A stretch of DNA of 61,911 nt from Hydrolagus affinis (GCA_012026655.1 JAAILG010001787.1:1-61911), one strand, 5' to 3'. Shown: positions 1 to 11,985, counted from the stretch's first letter. Program-made: numbers and translations. The notes: generated by a model from the letters alone, not told the origin.

Positions 1-138
1 CCTACCTGTCTCTCCTGTCTCTCCTCCATTCTGCCGGCAATATCATCGAAAATGCTTCCGTTTTTTTTCACCAAGAAAAGGTCAAAAGTGGGGGGTGCGC
101 CTTATACGCGAGTGCGCCTTATACGCGGAGATATACGG
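1..138. mobile_element. Terminal part of a Tc1/mariner-superfamily (Tc2/pogo-like) DNA transposon
   Basis: Ends GTGCGCCTTATACGCGGAGATATACGG (112-138) followed by TA (139-140). Internal direct repeat GTGCGCCTTATACGCG at 95-110. Exact reverse complement of 61777-61803. Confidence 0.8.
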
Positions 139-1179
139 TACATAAGAAAGCTTGAATCAGGAAAGGTCAAGCCTATTTAGCCATAGTCGATACAAATTTT
201 ACCATTTTCATGAATCCCAACCACTAAGAACCTCTAAGGGTCTCTGCATGGATACTACCCGAATCCCTACATCAATTCAACAAATCCCTGTAATATGCTT
301 CTGTGTCCACATCTCTATTCCATCTCCAAGTTAGCTTCCTTCCATGGGAAACATTTTCCTCCTCTCCATTCTATGCCCCACCCAGCTTAAATGAGTTGTA
401 TTGAAAGTGCCCAAATAGTTGTTTCTTCTCTTCTCCCTCCATCACCCCTTCAACTTTATATGGATTTCATGTTGTTTGCAGAATCGATTTCTAGTTTCTG
501 TGCAAACATGCACGTTGGATCTGCTCATTTAATACAGCAGTTTATAGATTTTAAAGCAGACATTGATCTTTCCTATCGATGCCAAAGCCTGATGACTGAA
601 GCCTATCATCTGTGATCTGGACTATTGACATTTTACTGCCTTCCACTTGAAATCTGTTATACTATTTCCAGATAACACCATGACCTATATGTTACACATT
701 GACCATACACCAGGATAGCAAATGATTGTAGTTTTTTTTAAAAAAAATCTTCCTCTTTCATCTGCTTCCCACCCTCCCAGCTCTCTCCCACACCTAACCC
801 CCACCCTGCCCCTCCCCCTTGCTCGGATCCTGACCCCTGACTGTTCAGTGCCTCGGGGCATCCTCCCATCATGAAAGGGGCTCTATAAATGTAACTTTTT
901 TGTTGTTTTTGCCTCTTTGATTGAACCAGTCAAGGACAGAACTTTGCAGGAAACATGTTGAGGACTTGGATGTGTACTTGTTTCTGATTGAGATCACTTA
1001 TTCCAGTAGGCGCAGTGTTCTGGCAGGGCTGGCATAGCCACTGCAGAAATTTTGGGTGAAGCCTCTTATTAGAGTAGAATTCTCACAGCGAGTTAACCAT
1101 GCCACCGTGTCAGAAGCTCTGCTACAAGCCTTAAGTGTAAATCAGATTAACTTTGATAAACAGTGCAAGCCACATGATC

Positions 1180-1878
1180 AACAACAACAACAACTTAGAT
1201 TCATATAGCGCTCTCCATGCTAGACGGCATCTCAGAGCGCTTTACAATAGTGGATCCCAGGACCGAGCCAGGGGCAGGGGTAGAGAGGTGACCAAAAGCG
1301 TGGTTGAAGAGAAAGGTCTTCAGCTGTGACCTGAAACTGGGAAGAGAGGGGACGAGGCAAAGGGAGTGAGGAAGGGAGTTCCAGAGCCTCAGGGCATAGT
1401 GGCTGAAGCGGAGGATTCAGGGGACATGGAGGAGGCCAGAACCAGAGGAGCGAAGGCAGCGTGTGATGGTTTGGGGGGGAGAGGAGATCAGAGAGGTAGG
1501 GGGGTGCAGAGGAGTGGAGGGATTTGAAAACAAGGGTGAGGATCTTGAAATCAATCCTCTCTAGGATAGGGAGCCAGTGAAGTCTGGCAAGGATTGGGGT
1601 AATGGGAGAGCGAAGCTTGGAGCGGGTGAGTATGTGGGCGGCAGAGTTTTGGATTAGCTGGATTTTGAGGATTGTGGTGGAAGGGAGACCGGAGAGGAGG
1701 GCGTTGCAATAGTCCAGCCGAGAGGTGACAAAGGCATGGACCAAGGTTTCAGCGGCTTTTGGGGTGAGGTATTGTCGGAGACAGGCGATCGATCGGAGGT
1801 GGTAGAAGGCAGTGCTGGTAACGGACCAGATATGGGGGAGGAAGGACAGTTGGGGGTCGATCCTGACACCTAGGTTGT
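1180..1878 (-). mobile_element. L2-clade LINE 3' fragment (RT C-terminus, 3' UTR, (GTT)n tail)
   Basis: ORF 1232-1882(-) reads NLGV..AETLVHAFVTSRLDYCNALL..IQLIQNSAA..ITPILARLHWLP..RIDFKIL, the typical L2 ORF2 end. ACAACAACAAC tail on the + strand. Confidence 0.92.
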
Positions 1879-2104
1879 GCATTTAAAGCATTTAACACAA
1901 TTCTGTCAGGATTATTTCCTACCCCAATATGGATTACATACATTGCCCATTTTCTGAACTTGATTTTGGAAACAACAACAAAATTACATTTATAGAGCTC
2001 CTTTCATGTCAGGAGGATGTCCCAAGGCACTGAACAGTCAGGAGTCAGGACCTGAGAAAGGGCGAGGGGCATGGAAGGGGGAGGGAGGTAGGGTGCAGGA
2101 AGGG

Positions 2105-3500
2105 AAATTTGGCCTGTCATACTGGAGGACTTAAAACACAGTGGTTGCTATCGTCAAGAAAGTTTTCTGCGAAAGTCAAATGCGCCGGCATCACTACTTC
2201 GAATTTATGGAGATGAGGGATGGAATTAAACCACAAATGTCAGCCTTTCCTGGTCCGATGTGTTATTTTTCCTGAGTGAAGGCTGTTGAATATTTGCATG
2301 CGTATCCGGCTGTTTTTGGTGAAATTGCAACAGGGGCCTTAGTGCGAAACAAAAATGAAAACGTTCTTCAACGATAACACTGCAAGCCCAAGCACCCTTT
2401 GTCACAGTGCACTCATCTGAGCTCATTTAAGAGTGCCAGGCAACGGCTGTGCCTCAAGGCCACAATCTGTACTTAAGAGTGCAAAATTTACATTTGTATA
2501 TTGGTTTGTATGCCACTGCTAGAACACAGGAGTACAGACCAAAGACAGCACCAAAGTTGGCAGCCTGTTCCAAGAGCGAGAGAGAGAGGCATGTGTCAAC
2601 TTTTTCCAGAGAATCATGCAAGAAAGCAGTGAAAAGGTCGGACTGATTTTGAAAAATCACCCATCAATTTATACCCATCAAGCAGTTTGCATTTTTGAGC
2701 CTCCACAGCGAGCAACAATGAATGCAGAAAAAAGACTTGTATAGTCATGTGATTCCTGCCCTTTCAACAATTTCAAACTTCGAATGGCATGCTTATCAAA
2801 CGACTGCAATATCCCAGCAAACCACAAAATTGCGACATGATAGGGAGCTCAGCCTGAGCCACTTGCTAAAATTGCAAAAAGGTACATTAGGCTACCAGTG
2901 AGCACAGCTGACATTGAAAGGTTATTTTCTATTCATTCAGACCTCCTCGAAGATAAAAAGTCTCCAAAAGAAAACGTAAAGTTTCTTCTCATGTTAAAAT
3001 TTAACCACCATAAAATTTTTGGTTCAGAATTTTTTGTATGAAGAATTTGAATTCTCTGCATACTATTTTTAGACTGCATTTTTATATCTTTGAAAGGTGT
3101 TGTGTTCTGTTTTTGTTAAACAATTAATAAATATTTTTTCCCAATAATCTATGATCCTCTCCTTCCCTCTACCCCGCCCCTCTCCCGCCCCTCCCCCCTG
3201 CTCAGGTCCCGACCTCTGTTCAGCGCTTTGGGACGTCCTCCCAACGTGAAAGGTGCTTTATAAGTGCAATTTTGTTGTTGGAGTGTTATTTCTTCATGTT
3301 TAATTTTTAAAAGTGATAAAAGAGAAAAAATGTAGATTAGCAGCAAAATGCATCTCAATGGTACTAACCGCATAACTTGCCTGCAAAATTCAGCAAAACT
3401 CTTTGCAACTTCCTGAAAGATCTGAAGTGCTCTGCAATTTTTGCCAAATATTTCCGCACTTTTCTATTGTATCCGTCTTAAAATCTGCCATAAAAACCTA
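2105..3500 (+). mobile_element. Decayed hAT DNA transposon (transposase C-terminal half plus probable 3' end)
   Basis: Manual translation: TVVAIVKKVFCESQMRRHHYFEFM..FS*VKAVEYL (~2140-2300), NHPS..AVCIFEP (~2655-2700), LAKIAKRYIRLPVSTADIERLFSIHSDLLED (~2862-2955, hAT dimerization motif). Contains stops and frameshifts. AATAAA at ~3126. Interrupted by an L2 tail at ~3150-3280. Confidence 0.75.
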
Positions 3501-3502
3501 TA

Positions 3503-3675
3503 ATAAATTGGTCATTTAATTTCACGGCTGTTTATGGAACATTGCTATGCGCAATTGGCTGCCATGTTTCGCCCACAAATATACAGTCAATTCACTTTAC
3601 AGTATATTCTGTCAAGGGCTTTGAGATGTGTAGAAGACATGAAGAGTGCTATATCAAAATTCAAGATATATTAAT
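3503..3675 (+). mobile_element. Deu-type SINE 3' half
   Basis: AAATTGGTCATT..GCTGTTTATGGAACATTGCTATGCGCAATTGGCTGCC..GTGCTATATCAAAAT, matching the body and tail of the full copies (e.g. 45735-46045). Confidence 0.8.
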
Positions 3676-3709
3676 ATTCTGCATTTTTTTCATTATTTGC
3701 TCACCCTAG

Positions 3710-3834
3710 GAAATCCTGTCAATTCTTTATTTGTGGCGCCAGCTGTAACACCAATGAAGGGATTCCTGGACTTTGTGACAAACAACCCAGGGTTTCGTTT
3801 ATTTAAATATAGCACAATTGACTACAACTTGCTG
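3710..3834 (+). CDS. SMPDL3A: SMPDL3A (acid sphingomyelinase-like phosphodiesterase 3a), penultimate coding exon
   Basis: Acceptor ccctag, donor gtgagt. Encodes (G)NPVNSLFVAPAVTPMKGFLDFVTNNPGFRLFKYSTIDYNLL, matching the SMPDL3A PVNSLFVAPAVTP..TNNPG motif. Phase-0 donor fits the next exon. Confidence 0.93.
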
Positions 3835-4939
3835 GTGAGTTTCTGTTTAAATGCCAGCTGTGAACACTATTGGTTAGGAATGTTGATTGGATGTGATTAT
3901 TCTATTTTTGCAGAATAAATAGAATTTATAAGTCGCGTAGCATACGATGATGCATTGGGTAAGATTCCTAGATAAGGTGTAGTTTCTGTGCATTTTGTAC
4001 TTCACACGTTTCTGCATCTTTCAAGGGTATATTCTGAGTTTCCTGCTGTTCAGAAATGATTTGGACAGTGGCAAATATTTAATATTTATTGATGTCAACC
4101 TACTTGGACAGGTGTCATCATAAATAGCAGATAAATAATTTAGAATGTGATCTGAACCAAATGAGCACATTTTATTTGTGACTGAGGAACTGAAGATGAT
4201 TATTTGAATGTTAACAAGAATGCTATATCGGGTATTAAAGGTTTAATATGGTGAATATTTGGGTTCATGGAGAGAGTCGCAAGTGTTCGGAGATAGATGG
4301 TCTAATACTTTTGTTAAAATTGAGGTACCAATCTGTTTCTTTCTTAAGGGGTAAAATGTTATACAAGTGCTTTTTATTTATAGTTTTTGTGTTAAATTCT
4401 GGGAGTTAATCTTTTTCAAAGAACCCGTCGGTAGTATTTTGGTCTGAACAATAGTTGAGTTAATGAGTTTTATCTTTCCCAATTGTTAGTGCAAAGAACT
4501 AGCAGCGCCTTGGGACGTCCTCCCGACGTGAAAGGCGCTCTATAAATGTAATTTGTTGTTGTAGTAAACACAAATCACACTGGACATTAGAGATATAAAA
4601 AGGATGGAGTAGAGCTATGCAGGGTAGTTGAGGTTTGGATTATTTGGGGTTTAACTCCACTATTGTTCAGACCAGAATACTACCGAGTATTTTATTTTGG
4701 TGTAATTTGTGAAACTGCTGTGATCGGGCATGACCCCAAATAGTAATAGAGAGGGAAAGGATCGCTCCTTTCAGCATATACCTGGAAGGATCGTGTAATT
4801 CTCTTCCAGTGATGAAGATTTTGTGACAAGTGATTTTTGTATAATTTAGCATTGCAATAAAATGCTAAACGTACAAAAAGTAGAAATTAATCTGAACTAA
4901 ATATGAATGATACAAGCCTCACTACTTTTTATTTCACAG

Positions 4940-5236
4940 AATTTATGGCAGTATTACCTGAACCTTACAGAAGCTAATGAGGAGAAGAAACCTGACTGGA
5001 AGCTGGAATACTCCATGACCGAAGCCTATGGCATAAAAGACCTGAACCCACAGAGTTTGTATGACCTGACAAATCAGTTTCTAGAGCCACACAATAAGAA
5101 GTTCCAGAAGTATTATTACAATTACATAGTCAGTTATATCGACATAGACTGTATTGGCCTTTGTAAAATGAAACAAGTATGTGCTACAAGATACTTAGAT
5201 CAAGCCTCATACTCAAAATGTATTCAAGAATGGTGA
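4940..5236 (+). CDS. SMPDL3A: SMPDL3A terminal coding exon
   Basis: Acceptor tttttatttcacag. Encodes NLWQYYLNLTEAN..WKLEY..YGIKDLNPQSLY..KYY..VSY..C..C..C..C and ends TGA. No hydrophobic GPI signal (unlike SMPDL3B). Adjacent to CLVS2 as in human. Confidence 0.94.
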   Translation, partial: NLWQYYLNLTEANEEKKPDWKLEYSMTEAYGIKDLNPQSLYDLTNQFLEPHNKKFQKYYYNYIVSYIDIDCIGLCKMKQVCATRYLDQASYSKCIQEW

Positions 5237-5394
5237 AGTAGTTCTCTGTTCGGAACCATTTCAACTAACCTGTTTGTGTAACCTGCTGTGTGTTCCCAGT
5301 GACTTCTGTTTGTATTATCTTCTCCGTATTCCTTTCTTCCTTTTCTCGCTTTCCCCTGTTAATGTCCTCATTAGTATATCCTCATCAATATGCT

Positions 5395-5640
5395 TGTGAG
5401 GCTGTTTGACCCATCCAGCACAAGATAGTGCCTGAGCATTCTCTAATCTGAATTACTTGCACTTTCCCCATACCCATTTATATTCTTCCTCTTCAAACAT
5501 TTATCCAATTTCCTTTTAAATGTTGCTATGGTATTTGCTTCAATAGCCACTGGCAGAGAAGTATTTCATACTGTGATAAACTTGGGTGAAAACATTTCTC
5601 CTAACTGCTGTTTAACTCTCTAAGTGATCATTCTGAACAA
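5395..5640 (-). mobile_element. Degraded CR1-like LINE 3' fragment
   Basis: ACTTTCCCCATACCC..TTCAAACATTTATCCAATTTCCTTTTAAAT..GCTTCAA is the reverse of a CR1 3' end and resembles the other CR1 remnants in the window. Confidence 0.55.
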
Positions 5641-6059
5641 GTCCTACCTCTCTGAATGCACCTATGGCCACCACCCCGCTTTACGCTGTTCGCCATGCAA
5701 TTTGTAAAGTGCTTTGACTTGTTAATCTCCGTGGAAAAAATGGAAGTTGCTCCCAGTTTACCATTGTTTTCAACGCTTTAAGAATCTGCACTGTGGGATA
5801 GAGGAGGAACGAAATTCAAATTTGTTGTTACTGAGTTCCTGATGTTAATTCGTGTGGTTTGGGGAGTCATTTTGCTTCTACTTACAACCTGTCATCAAGA
5901 AGGATTGATGAGAACGTCATTGCTGAGCCATTGTAGCATTTTAGAGGATTGCTTTGCAAGGTCTGTATATTGGCAGGAGGACTGTGACCTCAGTGGTCTC
6001 CCTATTTCCACCATCCTTAGGTTCCAGTTTACATAAATTTCTGTCATCCACATCCTCAC

Positions 6060-6490
6060 TGATACCAAATGCCCATCACCCCAGTCCTCACCAGGCTCCA
6101 CTGTCTCACAATGGATCAATTTCATCCTCACCTATGTGACCTGTCAAGCTCTGCCATTTTTTTATTGCTTCGATCTTCTGTTACTTCCCTCTTCTGCTCA
6201 CTCTCTTCTTGGCTAACTCCCCTGGGCTTGTTGCCTGTGCCCTGCCCTCTTTGCCTTGGTGGCCAAGCCTTCAGTTATTATGCCTCCTAAACACTGGAAT
6301 TGTCTGTCTCCACCTCTCTGTCTCTTCCCCTCTCCATCCATCTTAAAATTATGGCTAAATATTGACCTCTTAAGCTACACCTATGGCTATCTCCTTGTTT
6401 CTCTTCTCCCTTCTGTGGAGATGAACTCCCATCTTCCTGAGGTGCTCCATCATTTTAAGCAAATGGTGCTACATAAATACAACAACTTGG
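6060..6490 (+). mobile_element. Degraded L2 3' fragment
   Basis: CCCATCACCCCAGTCCTCACCAGGCTCCACTG (PITPVLTRLH) and CCTTCAG..GCCTCCTAAACACTGGAAT (AFS..APK.WN). Confidence 0.7.
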
Positions 6491-6763
6491 ATTTAAATAG
6501 CGCCCTCCACGCCAGACGGCGTCACATATGTTGAACTAGCTATACCTACCTGAGAGAGACAGAAAGGTGATTTTAACCCCTCCCCCCCCCCCCCACCACC
6601 GCCAATGCCAAAAGAATCTGCAGAGGTACAGAAAGTATATGATCTTGTAAATACAATTTTAATTTTTTAAATATTTTAAAGTCATCTATTAAAATGAGCA
6701 GACCAGAATGTAAAAAGAAAATGAAATCAAATACTATCAATGTTTGTACTGAAAATTTCAGTG

Positions 6764-6784
6764 AATAAAGAAATTGTTAAATAA
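6764..6784 (+). terminator. Candidate SMPDL3A polyadenylation signals
   Basis: AATAAA at 6764-6769 and again at ~6780, after an AT-rich tract. These are the first canonical hexamers I see after the stop codon. No transcript evidence. Confidence 0.4.
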
Positions 6785-7984
6785 AAAAGCGAATACTTGT
6801 ATTTTAGCACATCAGCATGTCAAAAGGCCTTGAAAGTGTTTCACGTGCAATTTGTTACTTTAAAGTTTACTGACATTTTGTGGGTAAGATTATTTTAATT
6901 AAGTAATGGTTTGAGAGAAAGCATATATCTCCAAATAGCTGGTCCTTAGGGAAGATTGTGTTCCCACAGGGTCATATTCATAGGTTACTATGCATTGTAC
7001 AATACTGCTTTGCAAGAACTTGGTTGAGGAACATCGAGGTTAAAAGCAATCCTCAATAAAGAGGAAGGGCTACTACTGGTTTCTCACCACGGAAAATAGC
7101 CTTTGGATATAAACTGTGACCTCTGTCTTCATGTCCTGGTGATTCAGAAGATTTATTCACTGAGACCATAGGGGACAAGGATAGTCGGTTTGAGAGTTCA
7201 TGGTCATTATTCACAGTTTAAAAAAAAAGATTAAAGTTCAGTAATTCTGCAAACAGTTGCACATCAACACTTCAGTTAGTGTCTGAGATAATATTGTGTT
7301 GCAACATCTGCTTTTGGTCCCTGAACTTTACACAAACTTTACAGTGATTATTTGTAACTAATATCACATGGCTGCGAGCTTCAGTAGGAAGTACTGTACT
7401 GTGTGAATTTCAAAGTTGTCTCATCTGCTATTTCCTTAAATGTTAGAACTGAAGGCTAGCAAATTTTTTAAACACTTTTGTTTTAAGTTGCTCTGTGCAG
7501 TCTTTCACAGAAAGGTGTAGGAGTCGGTCAGTAGTTTACAGTCTTTAATGTATCAATTCATGTAATGTCACCGTTGATTGCGTTCCCTTCATGAATTTAA
7601 TAAGTTTGAGATTTAAAGTATGAATGGCTCACATATTCAATGCTTTTATTGAATGGGTGTCTAACCTCCAATGAAAAATATGTGTTTTGAATGTGAATAT
7701 TTTCTATGATGTGCTTAATGGGTGAGGGTGGAAATGGTTTGTCTGCAGAGAAAGAAAGTAAGAATGAAACCTGAGGGAGACTATATTTCATAGATATCTA
7801 GACTGTAACTAACTTTTTTTTTAAAACAAAGTACAGTACAGTACTTGCAATCTTTGAGTTAGTTTACAAATAATAATAATATAATAATAACTCTTGCATT
7901 TATATAGCGCTTTCCATGTCTTATCGACATCTCAAAGCGCTTCATAGAATACAACAACGTTCCAAGGTTAGGACCAGAGCTGGG

Positions 7985-9200
7985 TGGGGGGTGGGGTAGG
8001 AAGTCAGAGGATGTGAGGGCCTCTGTGAGGGTCTCAGGGGGGAGACTTTTCCATGGGTGGAAAATTCCAGTTGAAGGTTTGGTGAGGAGATAAGGATGGA
8101 AGGGTCAAGAAAGTGGTCCGAAATGGCCTTGTCCGAGATGCTGAGGTTGGAAATGTCAAGGCTGTGGGTGATGATGAGGTCGAGAGCGTGGCCACGGTTG
8201 TGGGTCGGTGGGTCAATGTGGAGGGTGAGGTTTAGGGAGGAGAGGAGGGCAGTGAAATCGGAGGAATTGGTGCAGGGGGAGTTTAGGTGAAGGTTGAAGT
8301 CGCCCATGATGAGCAGACGTTCAAAGCTGAGGGACAGGGAGGAGAGTAGAGATATCGTAGAGGAAGGAGCCAGGGAGTTTAGGAGGATGATAGAGCAGAA
8401 GGATTTTTAAGGAAAGAGAAGGATGGTCGAGTGTGAGGTGTTCGAAGGAGGGGAAACAGCTGGAGGAGTAGGGGGAGAGACCAAGGGAAGCTTTGGAGAT
8501 GATGGCCACCCCACATTGGTTGGGGCTGGGGGTGTGGTGGAAGGTGTAGCCAGGAGGGGAGGCCTCAACTAGAGGCATAGGGTCATTGGAGAGCCAGGTT
8601 TCCGTAAGCCGAAGACTATCAATTTGCTCATCCAGGATGAGGTCATAGATACTGAGGGCTTTGTTGGAAAGGGATCGGACATTTTGGAGGGCAGTGCGGA
8701 TGGGTTTGCTGGAGGGGAGAGAGGGAGGAGAGAATAGTGCGGAAAGGATCCAAGGGTGTGCAGGAGAGGTGGGTGTGGGGAGAGAGGAGGGAGGGGAAGT
8801 GGGAAGGGGACGTATGAAAGAGGGAGAAATAGTGTTTGCCTTGAGGAGGCTGTTTGAGCGGAGAGAGTGGATGATGGGACAGTAACGGGACACCCTGGTG
8901 CCACGATGGGCCCGGCGGAGGATGCCCAGACTGGAGCAGAGGGAAATGGTGATGGGGTCCAGGAGGGAGAGTAGGCGGGTGGGGGTGGGATGGGTGGTGG
9001 GAGAGAAGGACAGAGTTAGAGTAGCAGATAGAGGGGGGTGGGTAGAGAGGCATTTAGGGTGGTGTGGGAGGCTCAGTTCGGGGCGGCAGCCAAAGTGTGC
9101 ACCCAGGGAGCTGAGAGCGAGGGATCAGCGGGCGGCATCATCCCAGAGGATGTGTGGCCATGGCTAGGGGTTGCATAGCCAAGTCAGCCCTGCCCTTGTC
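7985..9200 (-). mobile_element. L2 LINE fragment encoding the APE endonuclease domain
   Basis: ORF 8321-8893(-): LQNVRSLSNK..LTETWL..PPGYTF..GVAII. ORF 7942-8307(-): GDFNLH..PTHNRGHALDLII..SDH. Frameshifted. Confidence 0.9.
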
Positions 9201-9349
9201 TCTTATCCTGTAGGGAGGGGGGCTAATGATCTATTGTTAAAGGTGCTAATGATCTGTTGTTAATGCGCTGTTACTGCTGATGAGGTGTTAATGGTGATGT
9301 GTTGCTGATCTAGTGTTTGGAAGTGATGCGCTGTTAATGGTGAGTGGGG

Positions 9350-9765
9350 GACAAACAGAAGTCACTGGGAACACACAGCAGGTCAGGCAGCTTCTATGGA
9401 GAAAGGAAAAGTGAGTGAATGTTTCAGGTGAATGTTTCAATGTTTCTGACCCTTCGTCAGAAATGCGGCATGTTGGGAAGGACTTACGGAGAGGCAGGAC
9501 AAGGAAGACTAAAGGAGAAAATGGGGTAGAGGACAGGAGATGATAGTTTAAATAGGTGTTAATGTTGTGAAACAAAAGGGGAGGTTTGCAACAAAACTGG
9601 AGAGAAGGTGATAACAATGTAAAACAAAAAAGGGGTGAAAGTGCAGAAGAATAGGCAGACCAGACAGTTACAAAAGAAGAGGAGGAGGAAGGTGAGCTGC
9701 TATGGCGTGAAATTATTGAAATGAATATTAAGGCCAGAGGGCTGTAAGGTCCCTAGCAGGACCTT
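9350..9765 (-). mobile_element. Penelope-like element 3' part (ORF C-terminus, pLTR/UTR, degenerate hammerhead)
   Basis: The - strand encodes LGTLQPSGLNIHFNNF (Penelope GIY-YIG C-terminus), followed by CTGACGAAGGGTC..GAAAC and CTGCCTGACCTGCTG, shared with the copies at ~33425 and ~45141. Confidence 0.8.
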
Positions 9766-11639
9766 TGACATATTTAACATAAAATCCATATGGAATTTCT
9801 TGCAGTTTAAGTTTAAGGCGGTTACTGAGGAGAAATAGATATGGTTGTGGAAACAAGTTTTAGTGAACACAGCATCAAATACAAGAAGGGAAACAGATAG
9901 CAAAGCAGGTGAGCAGAGTAAACGGGAAAATATGTCACAGAGAAGAGTAGAAATTCTTCAAGGTAGCTATTCCTAGAAGATAAATGGCAGTGAATTAAAC
10001 AAAAACACAAAATACTGCAGATGCTGAAAATATTTCAGTGCTCTTGGTTCATTTATGTCTCCTGCTCCAAATCACTTTTCAAAGATGCATATATAGTTAT
10101 ATATACTGTAGCTGTTACATAGGATGTTGAGGGTGAGGACAGGGTGAGGTTCAGTAGTACTGCCTCCTACAGTCAAATAGTTTGGCCACACTCAGAGTCA
10201 TGCCAGTTTCAGACCTGAATAAAGGTCAGTGTCTATGGAACTTTATCCAGTAGTGAGTAAGAGGATGAGACCACAGGGGAAGAAAGTCATGGTAGAAGAG
10301 AAATATTTGTAGAACAATTGAAATATATTAAAATAATTATAAATTAGAACAAAGATGGAATATAATGGTTTAACTAAATCATGAAGAGTAGATTGCTCTA
10401 TTACTGCTACTGCATTGTACTTTATCACTCTGTTTCTGTGATCCCATTTACTGAATGGTTCAAAAGATACAATTAATAAGTTTTTTTTTACTTCCATGGA
10501 GGATCAACTTGCATAGAATTACATATAATGATATGGCACAGAAACTAGCTGTTCAGCCCAACTAATCTATGCCAATTTTATACTTTATGAGTCCCATCCT
10601 TCCTCTTCTCCTCTCTTTGCTTCCTGTGATCTGTTTAAAATTTGTCACCGTTTTCTGATTAGCCTTGAATTGGGCATCAACAGGGGTTACCAGTTCAGGA
10701 TGGGGTGGCCTTGCCCTGTGGGGAGTCATTGTTTGTGTCAGGGTTTGAAGAACAGAGCTTTTGTATTCGTCAACAGTTTCATGCCTTTCTGGGTCCTTGC
10801 AGACATTGACCACAGGAAGGTGCATAAGCAACAAAGTGTACTTCAATGGGTCATTCACGTGAACAAGGAAAGTTAGCACATTCAACAATGGGTCTTTGGA
10901 ATTATTCGATGTACACGATTGTCTGGCAACGGAAATGTGGCAGATTTATTTTCCTGGCAGAGAAAGCAGATTATATTAATTAGCTCAGTTGTTAGAAAGT
11001 AAATTAAAGAGGCAAATGAACAATAAGAAAAGTTCACGAAAAGACGAGCAATAGAAGATGTTATAATGTGAGGGATTTATTTTGCAGTTGGCCTACTTTC
11101 TCATACTATGTGTGCCTTTTACCGATAGTCTTTGCTTATAACTGCCCTGATTGGTGAAGTCCCAATCGGATTACTGTGTTTGGGGACACAGCCAGTAATG
11201 TTGCAGTTCAGAAATGGAAGAAACGGACAAAGACCTATAGAGAAGAACACCACCACAGTTTCAGAGGTGCTTGATGGGAAGAATGAGCCTAATGAATAAG
11301 ATAACGCCAAGTGAGATATGATGTTTGTATGTGAGTAAAAATGAAACACAAGTTGCATGGTGAAGTTAGGTAAGATGATAATATCAGCCATTAGTCAATA
11401 AGAATGTAGAGATGTGGAGGAAGTTACTAGTCTACTCAAACTGAATACTGAAGATTTCTAGACTGATATATGTACTTAAACTTTCTAATTGGACTCATTA
11501 CAACCAGTTAAGAAGGCCTTTTCTTGTAATAGATTTGAGTGCTATAAACAAATATTTTATAGTCTGATTTATGCAATACTGGATTATAAATCTGTGGTTT
11601 TCAGTGGGTGGTGTCATACTGTTCTTTTACCTCTGTGTC

Positions 11640-11985
11640 CATGGATCCTCACACTCAACCACAAATCCCTTCATGCCCTGATGCTTCCCAAATGTTCCAA
11701 CCTGTTCATTACCCACACCTCATTGCCTCCTCTTGGCTGGCTCCGGCCTCCTGTGTGTCCCTCATCCCCTCATTTAGCATCGGCGTATGGACTTTCAGCC
11801 ACTACATCACAAACTGCGGAACTCTCTTCCTCAATCTTGTCCCTCCTTCCCCATTTGCACGTCATGCCTTTAGATCTTCAATCATGCCTAAGGTCGCCTT
11901 TCTCCAGCTTGGCATCAGACTCTGCTACTGTTAAGTGCTCCAAAACGCTATCCTGCATGAAAGAAAAGTTGTTGTTATTTGAGCC
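11640..11985 (+). mobile_element. Degraded L2 3' fragment
   Basis: ATCCTCAC..CAAATCCCTTCATGCCC (ILT..KSLH). Terminal AAGTGCTCC..GAAAAGTTGTTGTT. Confidence 0.65.

Noticed and set aside
9278-9300. CTGATGAG as another hammerhead core
   Set aside because: No stem II or GAAA follows.
10562-11391. ORFs 10562-10888(-), 10670-10876(+) and 11119-11391(-) as a hidden gene
   Set aside because: No recognisable domain and no consistent splice or frame structure; a blastx could still be run.
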